A DNA stretch of 64,000 nucleotides. Origin: Cyanobacteria bacterium P01_D01_bin.156. Lineage in GTDB: Bacteria > Cyanobacteriota > Cyanobacteriia > Phormidesmidales > Phormidesmidaceae. The translations under genes were made by a program, and so were the position numbers. Where the stretch lies: assembly GCA_039024555.1 (NCBI GenBank), contig JBCCQQ010000010.1, forward strand, positions 53,013 to 117,012. Direction: 5' to 3'. Positions 9,478-18,534 of the stretch are shown in pieces. Under the pieces are notes generated by a model. The model did no database searches, was not told where the DNA came from, and worked only from the letters and a program-made list of their open reading frames with translations. Each line of letters starts with the position of its first letter. Positions within the stretch are counted from its first letter, which is position 1.

Positions 9478-10530
9478 ATGAAATTTTCACGACGTTCTCT
9501 TTTGATTAGCGGTGCTGGTTCTACAGCAGCATTTGCAGCAACTCAAGTATTTCGTCCCAAGCGGGGGGTAGCCCAGACCGGTGCTGTAAACCTCTATTCG
9601 TCTCGTCACTACAACACTGACGATGTCCTCTACGAAGAGTTTACTAACAAGACAGGCATCCGAGTTAATTTGCTGGAAGGTAAGGCAGATGAACTCTTAG
9701 AGCGGATCAAGGCTGAAGGCGATCGCAGTCCTGCGGATGTGTTTATGACCGTAGACGCGGGTCGTCTATGGCGTGCAGATCAAGCAGGTGTCTTTACCCC
9801 TGTGTCTTCTAGCACGTTAGAAGCGCGTATTCCTGAGAGTCTGCGTCATCCTGATGGTCACTGGTTTGGTTTTTCCAGACGGGCGCGGGTGTTCATGTAC
9901 AACAAAGGTATGATTGATCCTGCTGACCTATCTACCTACGAGAGTCTGGCAGATCCCCGTTGGAGCGGTAAGATCTTGACCCGTTCTTCTAGCAATATCT
10001 ATAGCCAGTCTTTAACGGCTTCTATCATTGCAGCCAATGGTGCTGCCGCTGCCGAGCGCTGGGCTAGGGCATTTGTAGCGAACTTTGCCCGTACTCCTGA
10101 GGGGAATGACCGTGCCCAAATCGAAGCCGCTGCTGCTGGCTTGGGTGGCCTAGCAATTGCTAATACCTATTACCTACCCCGCTACGCTAAGGATTCAGAC
10201 CCTGCTAAGCAGGATATTTTTAAGAAGGTTGGTGTTTTCTTCCCTAACCAAGATGGACGCGGTACTCACGTGAATATTAGTGGTGCAGGTGTAGTTAAGT
10301 CTGCTCCTAACAAGGAGAATGCTATTAAGTTCTTAGAGTACCTCTCCAGTAACGTGGCCCAAACATTCTTTGCTCAAGGTAACAATGAGTATCCTGTTGT
10401 TGCAGGTACCCCAGTAGATCCTGTTGTAGGTGCATTTGGCCAGTTTGACCCTGATACTGTTAACGTTAATGAGCTGGGTGAAAATCAGGCTGAAGCTGTT
10501 CGTATCATGGACCGCGCTGGTTGGGCATAA
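9478..10530 (+). CDS. futA: Fe(III) ABC transporter substrate-binding protein FutA/IdiA with Tat signal
   Basis: SRRSLL twin-arginine signal; YSSRHY, TVDAGRL, ANTYY, GTHVNISG motifs. Confidence 0.95.
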   Translation: MKFSRRSLLISGAGSTAAFAATQVFRPKRGVAQTGAVNLYSSRHYNTDDVLYEEFTNKTGIRVNLLEGKADELLERIKAEGDRSPADVFMTVDAGRLWRADQAGVFTPVSSSTLEARIPESLRHPDGHWFGFSRRARVFMYNKGMIDPADLSTYESLADPRWSGKILTRSSSNIYSQSLTASIIAANGAAAAERWARAFVANFARTPEGNDRAQIEAAAAGLGGLAIANTYYLPRYAKDSDPAKQDIFKKVGVFFPNQDGRGTHVNISGAGVVKSAPNKENAIKFLEYLSSNVAQTFFAQGNNEYPVVAGTPVDPVVGAFGQFDPDTVNVNELGENQAEAVRIMDRAGWA

Positions 10531-10557
10531 GCCTTATGGCCACAGATATATGAGGTT

Positions 10558-10670
10558 CACCCCGATAAAATCATCGGGGTGCAATGCTTATCCAGATAAT
10601 TAGAGCGAGAAACACATTCCTCTCTAAAGACACCTTGCTACATTGGTTCAATATGGCAAGGTGTTTTCTT
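10558..10670 (+). terminator. Two hairpins after futA; the second has a U-tract (rho-independent terminator)
   Basis: CACCCCGAT-N6-ATCGGGGTG (10558-10581); ACACCTTGC...GCAAGGTGT followed by TTTCTT (10630-10670). Confidence 0.7.
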
Positions 10671-10701
10671 GCATGTCTTTTTAGGAGATAGTTTGAAGCA
10701 A

Positions 10702-11475
10702 CTAGACTTCTTCAGTATTTAAGGTTTCTAGATCTGCCCGAGTAATAATTTCTGGTGTGATGAGGTAAAAAACGCTAGCCAGTCCTTCTCCAAAGACATT
10801 GAGATACTTTACTTCAGCGTTTGGATCACTGGGCTTGTTTATTTTGAAGATAGTTTGGTTGTTGTATCGCTCATCATCTTCTGGAGTCACGTCATCCAGT
10901 GTGTAACCCTGATCTTCTAAATCCTTTTTGAGGGCTTTGGCTGCATCACTAAAGTTCTTGTCATCTACGGTACGACAGTTTTCTAAACCATAGCTACCAC
11001 AGCCAGATGCTGACCCGGCAATATGGGGAAAGTCATCATTAAAGACAAAAGCAATGCCCGCTTCGGGACCATTATCTTCAGGCTCTGGTAATGTTTCTTC
11101 TTCGAATGTTGGTTCCAGGTCATCCAATTCTTCGAAATCTTCAGTGTTTTCTATGATTTCGGGAAGTTCTTCAGGGAGCTCAACGAGTAGTGGTTCTTGG
11201 ATTACCTCAGAAGCTGCAACGGGTTCTGCAGGCTCAATTACTTCAGGTTCTGGAACTGCGGGTTCGGGGGCTGTAACACTGGGGAGAGTAGTCAGTGAGA
11301 TCGCGCCGCTTTCCTCCAAAATATCCTTAGGTTCAGGTTCTTCTGCAGTTGACCACCATTTAGGCGCAGGCATCAGTAGCAGCACCCCATGGAGCGCCAC
11401 CGATAAAATAACCAAGAACCATAAACCTGAACTGGCTGGCAAACGATTTATTAAAGATGGCTTAACCAACGCCAT
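10702..11475 (-). CDS. Membrane-anchored protein with TonB-like SxxxH anchor, Pro/Glu-rich linker and unknown C-terminal domain
   Basis: LWFLVILSVALHGVLLLMP transmembrane helix; PEPAVPEPEVIEPAEP acidic linker; C-terminal domain with GC...C, not recognisable as TonB_C. Confidence 0.65.
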   Translation of the reverse strand: MALVKPSLINRLPASSGLWFLVILSVALHGVLLLMPAPKWWSTAEEPEPKDILEESGAISLTTLPSVTAPEPAVPEPEVIEPAEPVAASEVIQEPLLVELPEELPEIIENTEDFEELDDLEPTFEEETLPEPEDNGPEAGIAFVFNDDFPHIAGSASGCGSYGLENCRTVDDKNFSDAAKALKKDLEDQGYTLDDVTPEDDERYNNQTIFKINKPSDPNAEVKYLNVFGEGLASVFYLITPEIITRADLETLNTEEV

Positions 11476-11891
11476 AGATTATCGTTGTTTCAGCTTACTG
11501 TCATCAGTTTAACCCGAATTGATATCCCTATTGCGACTGGCTCCTTTAAAGTTTTGGATGGTTAACTATCAAAACTGATATCAGTCTATCCGGCTGAAGT
11601 GATTGATGAACAATGCTTATATAGGTGATGCTTATCAAGCTAAGTAGGCTGTACCCTTCTACTAGAAAAAATAGTAAAGATTTAACTATTGATACAGCCT
11701 GTCATCTAGACGTTTTAACAATGAGTGCAGCTCTTACCTGACTGGAGAAAGTCTATAGGCAGAAAAAATCTTGGGAAGAATCTACACATCATTTAGCCCC
11801 ATAATTTGTCTCTCCTATTTTTAAGTCTTTTTTCTCTAGGATTGAGCAAGACGCTAGAAAAACATAAATGTGGGCTTTTCGAGAGAAAATT

Positions 11892-12254
11892 TTAAGCTGA
11901 TATTGTATTTTTTGGGAGAATGCGCTGACTCCAATCCTGCGCTAATTGTGCAATCTCCTGACGTTTTTCTTCATCGTCCCACCAATCTAACCAATTTAGC
12001 TTCCAGCGACTTAGCAACCGCTGCAAGTCACTTAGTTCCAAAGCCTGTTCCAGATTCGTCTCTAAATCAATACCTGTCACTATCCATTCAATAAAAAACT
12101 GACTCTCCCTGACTAAATGTTCAAAAATAGATTCTCCTGTACCACTGCTAGCAAATATCTGAATACGAGTCAGATTCAATACAAGACTATTTAGCTGGGT
12201 TTTTTGGTCAGTCTGAAGGAAGTGAGTTTTAAGGATTTCCCAATCTACTCCCAT
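11892..12254 (-). CDS. Hypothetical protein (120 aa), partner of DUF5674 gene
   Basis: AT-rich ORF whose start overlaps the stop of the upstream DUF5674 gene by 10 bp. Confidence 0.7.
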   Translation of the reverse strand: MGVDWEILKTHFLQTDQKTQLNSLVLNLTRIQIFASSGTGESIFEHLVRESQFFIEWIVTGIDLETNLEQALELSDLQRLLSRWKLNWLDWWDDEEKRQEIAQLAQDWSQRILPKNTISA

Positions 12255-12726
12255 TGCATTTCAACTCCTTCTAGAAAAGATCTGACTATTTTCTCTATCC
12301 TTTTACGCAATTCGAGATCTTGAATTTTCATCGAACGATTGTTGGCGCTGGGACGAATATTGATAATCGATTCAAATCCTATAGATTGATTAGTGGGGTA
12401 CCAGTCGGCTCCCCAAATATTACGCTGTTCACTGCCGTCATCCAATAAAACTAGTTCACAATCGGCGTGCAATTCTCCGCCTCCGGCCAAAACTTGACGT
12501 TCAACATCCACCGCCATCTTAATGTAAATTCCTAGTGGAGCGTCAAGACTGAGATTTGGGATCGATGAGAATCGCCTTTACTACCGCTAGACCTTATCAA
12601 GAATGCGATTCACGACTCACTGAATAACTGGGTCAATCCTAATTTTTAGCTTTGACGCTCCACTAGAGCCTCAAGCATTTGATTGATTTGCTCAGGAATA
12701 GCCTGCCCTCTAATGATTACGATCAT
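12245..12726 (-). pseudogene. DUF5674-family gene interrupted by a MITE
   Basis: ATG at 12726 gives MIVIIRGQAIPEQINQMLEAL. Removing 131 bp (MITE plus one CTAG) restores ...EALGIYIKMAVDVERQVLAGGGELHADCE...IWGADWYP...INIRPSANNRSM, a 116-aa ORF. With the insert, the frame stops at TAA inside the MITE. Confidence 0.85.
12536..12662. mobile_element. 127-bp MITE (non-autonomous IS derivative) with CTAG target-site duplication
   Basis: Perfect 11-bp terminal inverted repeats TGGAGCGTCAA/TTGACGCTCCA, extending imperfectly to about 27 bp. Flanked by CTAG at 12532-12535 and 12663-12666; excision restores the host reading frame. Confidence 0.9.
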
Positions 12727-12793
12727 GATTCATTGTTCTTTCCCTAGGCTAGAAATGTTTGATATTGGAAGATACGATATTGCTAAGAGAAGA

Positions 12794-14455
12794 TTATCTT
12801 TCTTTTGCAATACGCCAGCTCAATAAAATTACTGGCAATAGTCCCACCAACAAAATTACCAATGCCGGTGCTGATGCCTCTACTAATCTCTCATCAGACG
12901 CATACTGATATACCCGAACCGCCAGCGTGTCAAAATTAAATGGACGCATCACCAGCGTGGCGGGTAACTCTTTCATCACATCCACAAACACCAGCATAAT
13001 GGCCGTCAAAAGACTGCTGGTCATCAATGGCGTATGGATTTTCACTAAAGTCTGTGAGGGAGAACACCCCAAACTACGGGCCGCATCATCGATGGTGGGA
13101 CGAATTTTACTTAGACCCGACTCCACCGTACCTAGTGCCACGGCTAAAAACCTAACCAAGTAAGCAAAAATCAATGCGGTTATGGTGCCACTAAGCAACA
13201 GACCAATGTTGTTGCCCGTGGTCGCCTCTACCCAGGTCGCTAGCTTTCTATCTAGCTGGGCCACCGGGATTAAAATACCCACAGCGATAACCGCACCAGG
13301 AACCGCATAGCCCATGGAAGCCAGACGTACCCCTAGTTCCACCGTAGGTTGCTTGGTCAGACGTTCGCCATAGCCAAGCACCAGAGCAACAACGACGCCA
13401 ATAATGGCCGTGAGGCTTGCCAAAATCAGACTGTGCTGAGCTAATTCTAGAAAGCGGTTGTCTAGGGTTTCATCTAAGTTAGTTAGGGTCATATGGGCCA
13501 ACAGACTGCCGGGCAGCAGCAGACCAAGGGTGATGGGAAGACCACAGGCTAGGGTGGAGAACCAAGCGCGGATGCCCTGCAGTCTATAGGCTTGGGGACG
13601 CTGAATGCTGTTGTTGGCTTGGTAGTATTTAGCCTGACGACGCGACCAGCGCTCCAGCACAATCAAAATAAAGATAAACACCATCAGCATGGCCGATAGC
13701 TGGGCGGCGGCTACCTGAGCTCCCATGCCAAACCAGGTGCGATAGATGCCGGTGGTAAAGGTGGTTACCCCAAAATAGTCCACGGTGCCAAAATCACTCA
13801 GGGTTTCCATCAGGGCCAGGGACAGTCCGGCTGCAATGGCAGGACGGGCCAGGGGTAGAGCCACTCGAAAAAAGCTACGCCAGGGATTGCACCCTAGGGA
13901 CCGGCTGGCTTCTAGGGTGCAGGTAGATTGTTCTAAAAAGGCCACCCGCGCCAGCATGTAAACGTAGGGATAGAGGGTGAGGCTAAACATCGCGATCGCA
14001 CCCCCAATGGATCGCACATCGGGAAACCAATAGTCGTTGACAGATTCCCAGCCAAACAGCGATCTCAGCCCGAGCTGCACCGGACCGTAGTAATCGAGCC
14101 AGTCCGTGTAGGTATAGGCCAACAAATAGGCCGGGGCCGCCAACGGCAGCAGCAGCGCCCATTCGAATATGCGACCTCCAGGAAACCGACACATGGTCAC
14201 CAGCCAAGCGGTACCAATGCCGATCGCCAATACCCCCATGCCGACACCCACCATCAAAATCAACGAATGGGTAATGTACTGACTCAAAACCGTAGAGGCC
14301 AGGTGGCTAAATACCCCTTCACTAGGGGAAAGTACGCTGCCGAGTACCACCAAGATGGGCACTGCTACCAACAACGCAATTAGCCATATAACGATGGTCC
14401 AGCCGTTAAGGGGGGACTGGCCTGTGGGCGTTGGCAGGACTTCGGGAGAATTCAT
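12794..14455 (-). CDS. futB: Fe(III) ABC transporter permease FutB
   Basis: Two EAA-type loops (LEASRSLG, IDDAARSLG), LYPYVY, DFGTVDYFG, DVMKELPATL, many TM helices. Confidence 0.93.
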   Translation of the reverse strand: MNSPEVLPTPTGQSPLNGWTIVIWLIALLVAVPILVVLGSVLSPSEGVFSHLASTVLSQYITHSLILMVGVGMGVLAIGIGTAWLVTMCRFPGGRIFEWALLLPLAAPAYLLAYTYTDWLDYYGPVQLGLRSLFGWESVNDYWFPDVRSIGGAIAMFSLTLYPYVYMLARVAFLEQSTCTLEASRSLGCNPWRSFFRVALPLARPAIAAGLSLALMETLSDFGTVDYFGVTTFTTGIYRTWFGMGAQVAAAQLSAMLMVFIFILIVLERWSRRQAKYYQANNSIQRPQAYRLQGIRAWFSTLACGLPITLGLLLPGSLLAHMTLTNLDETLDNRFLELAQHSLILASLTAIIGVVVALVLGYGERLTKQPTVELGVRLASMGYAVPGAVIAVGILIPVAQLDRKLATWVEATTGNNIGLLLSGTITALIFAYLVRFLAVALGTVESGLSKIRPTIDDAARSLGCSPSQTLVKIHTPLMTSSLLTAIMLVFVDVMKELPATLVMRPFNFDTLAVRVYQYASDERLVEASAPALVILLVGLLPVILLSWRIAKER

Positions 14456-14551
14456 AGAGTGAGCATGGGGAGATGTGCCCCATTGTCAGCCATCAACGCC
14501 CTTTGCAGCAACCAGGGTGGAGGAACTTAGGCAGGGTGAGATGATTTTTTT

Positions 14552-14606
14552 GAATTAGGAATTAGGAAGTCGGAATTAGGAAAGGGGGATTCCGAACTCC
14601 GAACTC
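14552..14606. repeat. Heptamer tandem repeats (GAATTAG/GAAGTCG...TCCGAAC) arranged as an inverted pair
   Basis: GAATTAG-GAATTAG-GAAGTCG-GAATTAG followed by TCCGAAC-TCCGAAC; STRR-like cyanobacterial repeat, related copy at 22202-22266. Confidence 0.7.
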
Positions 14607-14643
14607 TTCTATCATGATCCCAGCACAATCGGAACTCTTCTCC

Positions 14644-15741
14644 ATGACGGCAAAGCGGGTTTTAATCATTGGTGGCAGTGGCCGCATCGGTCGTAGTGTG
14701 GCAGCCGACTTGTTATGCCACACGGATGTGACCATGACCCTAACGGGCAGACGTTACCAACCGACTTTTGAACTATCTTCTCGACAGCGTTACCAGAGTT
14801 TATCTCTAGAGGATCATCCAGCGTTACAGCAGGCGATCGCAGCCCATGACTTAGTGATCCACTGCGCTGGTCCCTTTCGCATCCGAGAGTTAACGGTGCT
14901 GATCCAGTGCATTCAACAGGGTACGCCCTATGTTGATGTGGCCGATAGCCCGGATTATGTTAGTGAGGCCCTGGCCCTAGGAGAGAGTGCAAAGGCGGCT
15001 GGAGTGACCTGTATTGTTAGCACCGGAGTATTCCCTGGCATTTCTAACAGTATGGTGCGCCAGGGAATTGAACGGCTTGATTCTGCAGAAGATGTGCACC
15101 TGAGTTATTTGGTGGCCGGTTCGGGCGGAGCGGGAGTAACGGTAATGCGCACCACGTTTATTGAACTACAGACACCGTTTCAGGCCAAGGTGAACGGTGA
15201 GTGTGTGTGGATTCAGCCCTATTGCGATCGCGAAGTGCTACCGTTTCCTGACCCTTATAACCAAGGAGCCGGTGTGTATTGGTTTAACACCGTGGAAGCA
15301 TTTACCCTGACTCGTTCCTTTCCCCAGCTCCAGAGTGTTATTACAAAATTTGGTTCTCTCCCCGATGGGTACAATCGCTTGACTGGGCTAATGACACACT
15401 TGCCCCCTAGCTGGTTAAAAAATTCAACCGTAGTGGAGTTTTTGTCCCAGGTGAGTTATGCCATGACCCAAGTTAGCGATCGCTTTAGCGGTACTGGCAT
15501 TGCCATGCGTCTAGCTATTCAAGGACATCGCCACGGTGTGCCCGCCACCTATCTGGCAACTGCCACTCACCCCGATACGGCTGCCACCGCTGGGTATGGC
15601 ACCGGTAGTGTGGCCCAGCTAATCTTAGACGGTCGGCTGGTACAACCAGGAGTATGGCCAGTGGAACAAGCCCTATCGACGTCCCTATTTGAAGAGACAT
15701 TGGCAGAGCGACAGTTCTCGATTAGCAGTGCTTTTGAATAA
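14644..15741 (+). CDS. Saccharopine dehydrogenase-family NAD(P)-dependent oxidoreductase
   Basis: Rossmann VLIIGGSGRIG, HCAGPF, YVDVAD, TGVFPGISN; alternative start at 14614. Confidence 0.88.
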   Translation: MTAKRVLIIGGSGRIGRSVAADLLCHTDVTMTLTGRRYQPTFELSSRQRYQSLSLEDHPALQQAIAAHDLVIHCAGPFRIRELTVLIQCIQQGTPYVDVADSPDYVSEALALGESAKAAGVTCIVSTGVFPGISNSMVRQGIERLDSAEDVHLSYLVAGSGGAGVTVMRTTFIELQTPFQAKVNGECVWIQPYCDREVLPFPDPYNQGAGVYWFNTVEAFTLTRSFPQLQSVITKFGSLPDGYNRLTGLMTHLPPSWLKNSTVVEFLSQVSYAMTQVSDRFSGTGIAMRLAIQGHRHGVPATYLATATHPDTAATAGYGTGSVAQLILDGRLVQPGVWPVEQALSTSLFEETLAERQFSISSAFE

Positions 15742-15744
15742 CTT

Positions 15745-15787
15745 CAATGCTGGTTTAGGGCAGTGCTGGTTTAGGGCAATGCTGGTT
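15745..15787. repeat. 16-bp tandem repeat, about 2.7 copies, between convergent genes
   Basis: CAATGCTGGTTTAGGG CAGTGCTGGTTTAGGG CAATGCTGGTT. Confidence 0.85.
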
Positions 15788-16950
15788 CAAGACATGCTCA
15801 ATACAGGAGCCAAAGATACGTACTTCATCCAAGCGCGCATGGCATATTGCACGTAGTCTATGCGTACTTCTGTAGCTCGTTGGTTAAAAGCAATTGCAGC
15901 AGCTCGTCTTGAGCGCAATGGCCCTACAGCTCTAGGAATTGCTCCAGCCCACTCTCCATCACGAATTTGAGCCTGTAGCAGAAAGTTGATTCCTCGCCGT
16001 ACGGCACAGTGGATTTGTTTCGTCAGTCTAGTGTTGACTGGCAAAAAAGTTAATGCTGCCAACAACCCTTCTATCCAGGCAGCCGTTGGTAACGTAACTC
16101 CATCTTTTGAAAATCCTCCACTGTAGTGAGGTTGCCTAGGAGTATCAATCTGTTGTCGTAGTAACAGTTCACAAACCCGAGTGGCATAGGCGACTAACAA
16201 CTCTTTAGGCATCGGCATCCCAACTTTAGAGTTGAACGAGAGTAGTTTAGATATCGCTAATAATGTCCACGGATTGATATCCGCCATTGATGCAGGCTTT
16301 CCATGGCGAACAAGACTCTCTAGGGCCACACAGGCTGTTTCTAACCAAATACTGTAACGATCTTTTTCATGGAGCATCAGTAGTCCCAGCGTAGCTTCCA
16401 TGGGATAGTGCTTGAGAGATTGAGGCCTCTTTTTACCTCCAAATAGTGGAATATAGCGAGCATAAAAACTCTTATCTCCCTGCTGCATATAGACAATAAA
16501 GCGCCCCAGAGCTTGTAAATATTCGATGGATACAACCTCTTTTTGTATTGTATGCAAGCTTAAGAAAGCCAACAAACCTGTTCCTGCTCCATCTAGCCCT
16601 GCCTGCAGGGGGCGAGTGGTATTGTGCATTTCAGGTCTTGCCCAAACTGCTAGAGTTGTTTGGGATCCTGGAATCGGTTGAACAGCTTCTTTAGATAGAT
16701 AATTGGCAGACGTTTTGACCGCCCTACGTACATTTTCACTGGGACAATACTGGTTATATAGAGAAAGGGCATACACACAGCCTGCATGGTGCAGTATGTT
16801 ATATTTTGGCCTAAGTTTTACACCAGAATTAGTATTAATACGATATCTAAACATCCCATTTTTCTGCAGGTTGTTTATTAGATAGCCAGCTGCTTGATCT
16901 ATTGCCCCCTGAACGACGTCGATTTGCACAGTCGTTTCTACTTTCAGCAT
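15787..16950 (-). CDS. Hypothetical protein, probable (alpha/alpha)6-barrel (terpene cyclase/glycosidase-like) fold
   Basis: Helical repeats such as AAGYLINNLQKNGMF, GRFIVYMQQGDKSF, GINFLLQAQ; motifs YNILHHAG and VRIDYVQY. Confidence 0.6.
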   Translation of the reverse strand: MLKVETTVQIDVVQGAIDQAAGYLINNLQKNGMFRYRINTNSGVKLRPKYNILHHAGCVYALSLYNQYCPSENVRRAVKTSANYLSKEAVQPIPGSQTTLAVWARPEMHNTTRPLQAGLDGAGTGLLAFLSLHTIQKEVVSIEYLQALGRFIVYMQQGDKSFYARYIPLFGGKKRPQSLKHYPMEATLGLLMLHEKDRYSIWLETACVALESLVRHGKPASMADINPWTLLAISKLLSFNSKVGMPMPKELLVAYATRVCELLLRQQIDTPRQPHYSGGFSKDGVTLPTAAWIEGLLAALTFLPVNTRLTKQIHCAVRRGINFLLQAQIRDGEWAGAIPRAVGPLRSRRAAAIAFNQRATEVRIDYVQYAMRAWMKYVSLAPVLSMS

Positions 16951-17126
16951 GTCAACAGCACCGTTTCATTAATGTAGTACTCTATTTGTTGCCAAAACGA
17001 GTGTTACATTAACGGTTACATTATAGGCTTTTCATAAAGTTTTGATAAAGCTCTTTAAAGAACACCTCTATCAGAAACTAAGGACAGTCCCTACTACAAC
17101 TAAAAAAATTAGACTACTTAGGAAGT

Positions 17127-18386
17127 CTAGTCCATCACTCTGGGGGTATAGTTCACCCAAGGGGCATTAAGCGCTAGGGCCACATTCATGTATTCAAAAG
17201 ATTCCACGAGCCACCCTACTCGATCGAGGGTACATGACTCCTGAATGTGAAACAAAATACCAAAGCGATCTTCAAACCACGAGCGAATCGTACGTCTAAA
17301 TAAGACAAGCTTTAACAAAACAGCGGTTACAACTTTGGCCCCAACGGTTTCAACCAACCGCTTAAAATGCGCCATTTCAGGTCGCTCTATGGTGTTGCTT
17401 ACCAGTAGCTTGAGCAACCGAGTACACATTTGAGTAATGGAAATATCTGTAAGGGGAGTTGTTGTTTGCCCCGCAGAACTCACCAGAACCTCCTTGACCA
17501 GTTTACTAAACCGGTTGTTCTGATAGCGCTCGTCCACATGCACCAGGGGTTCCATAACGTACTTGTAAAACGGCTCCACAAAGTCTCCCGTGGTTCGAAA
17601 CTGAGTTACCCCACCTTCAAAAATCTGGGCTTGGTGCCGATAGCCATTCCGCCGCTGAGGGTGATACAACCCAATCGCTTCTCGCAGTTTTCTATGCTCT
17701 AACCGGGAGGGGTTAACGGCTTGGTCAAGATTGCCTTGACGCTGGGCTTGCCAGTAATGAGTCAGCTGTTGATTCAGCTGCTGAGCCTTTTTCTGACGCT
17801 GCAGCTGAATACTTTCACGCTGGCGCACGGGAATATCGCGGGTCGCTGCTACAGACTCATAGATAAAGAAGTAATCCTTAAAGCAATCACCAAAGGTAAC
17901 GACTTTCTCCTCTACCTCGTCATTTAAAAGACGCATCTGACGCTGTAGCGGGACATACAAATGCTCACTATTTGCATAGTCCGCCATAGCCTTGACCAAC
18001 TGCTTGACCTGACGCCCGGTGGGCTGGCGCTCTGGCAGATGAGTGGCTCGTTCTACTAAAAATCTGAGGTCTGCGTGGCGGTGAGCCTCCATACGCCAGG
18101 GATTACCAATGGTGTAGAAGCATCGGTTAATCACATAGGGCAAAATTTTGTCTGCCTCTGGCGAATCCAGAATATTCATCAGTGCATTACGCACAGATCT
18201 GGGATCAAATTCGGTAAATTCAAACTCTGTACAGCTGACCGTACCCTGGAAGAAAAGACTGTAAAACGCATCAGTAGCAAGTTTTGAATCTTTTAATCGG
18301 GATAGACAGCGAACGTAGCTATACACCTCACGTTCGGCCCGAGTTACTGGGCGATTTGCAAAAAATTCTCCGGCGTTAGAGTACAT
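17127..18386 (-). CDS. Conserved cyanobacterial hypothetical protein (419 aa, helical)
   Basis: INRCFYTIGNPW, LLKLVLF, RFGILF, WLVESFEYMNVALA resemble a widespread uncharacterised cyanobacterial family (recollection, not searched). Confidence 0.7.
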   Translation of the reverse strand: MYSNAGEFFANRPVTRAEREVYSYVRCLSRLKDSKLATDAFYSLFFQGTVSCTEFEFTEFDPRSVRNALMNILDSPEADKILPYVINRCFYTIGNPWRMEAHRHADLRFLVERATHLPERQPTGRQVKQLVKAMADYANSEHLYVPLQRQMRLLNDEVEEKVVTFGDCFKDYFFIYESVAATRDIPVRQRESIQLQRQKKAQQLNQQLTHYWQAQRQGNLDQAVNPSRLEHRKLREAIGLYHPQRRNGYRHQAQIFEGGVTQFRTTGDFVEPFYKYVMEPLVHVDERYQNNRFSKLVKEVLVSSAGQTTTPLTDISITQMCTRLLKLLVSNTIERPEMAHFKRLVETVGAKVVTAVLLKLVLFRRTIRSWFEDRFGILFHIQESCTLDRVGWLVESFEYMNVALALNAPWVNYTPRVMD

Positions 18387-18534
18387 CGAAAGATTGGATC
18401 CCTTTGGAATCTGTTCTTAAAACAGTCTACGTAATTGATAGCGCAAAATATACTTAAGATCCAGTCTGATTCAGTGATTTTCAGGACTGTATCAAAAATT
18501 CATCAAAAAAGTTTGGGATACTGAGCTGCCAAAA

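Noticed and set aside
11054..11512. Ser/Gly-rich 152-aa plus-strand ORF
   Set aside because: Antisense reading of the Pro/Glu-rich linker of 10702-11475.
17003..17022. GTTACATT direct repeat as an HLR1 (RpaB) site
   Set aside because: The spacer is 4 nt rather than the canonical 2 nt; kept only as an unassigned repeat.
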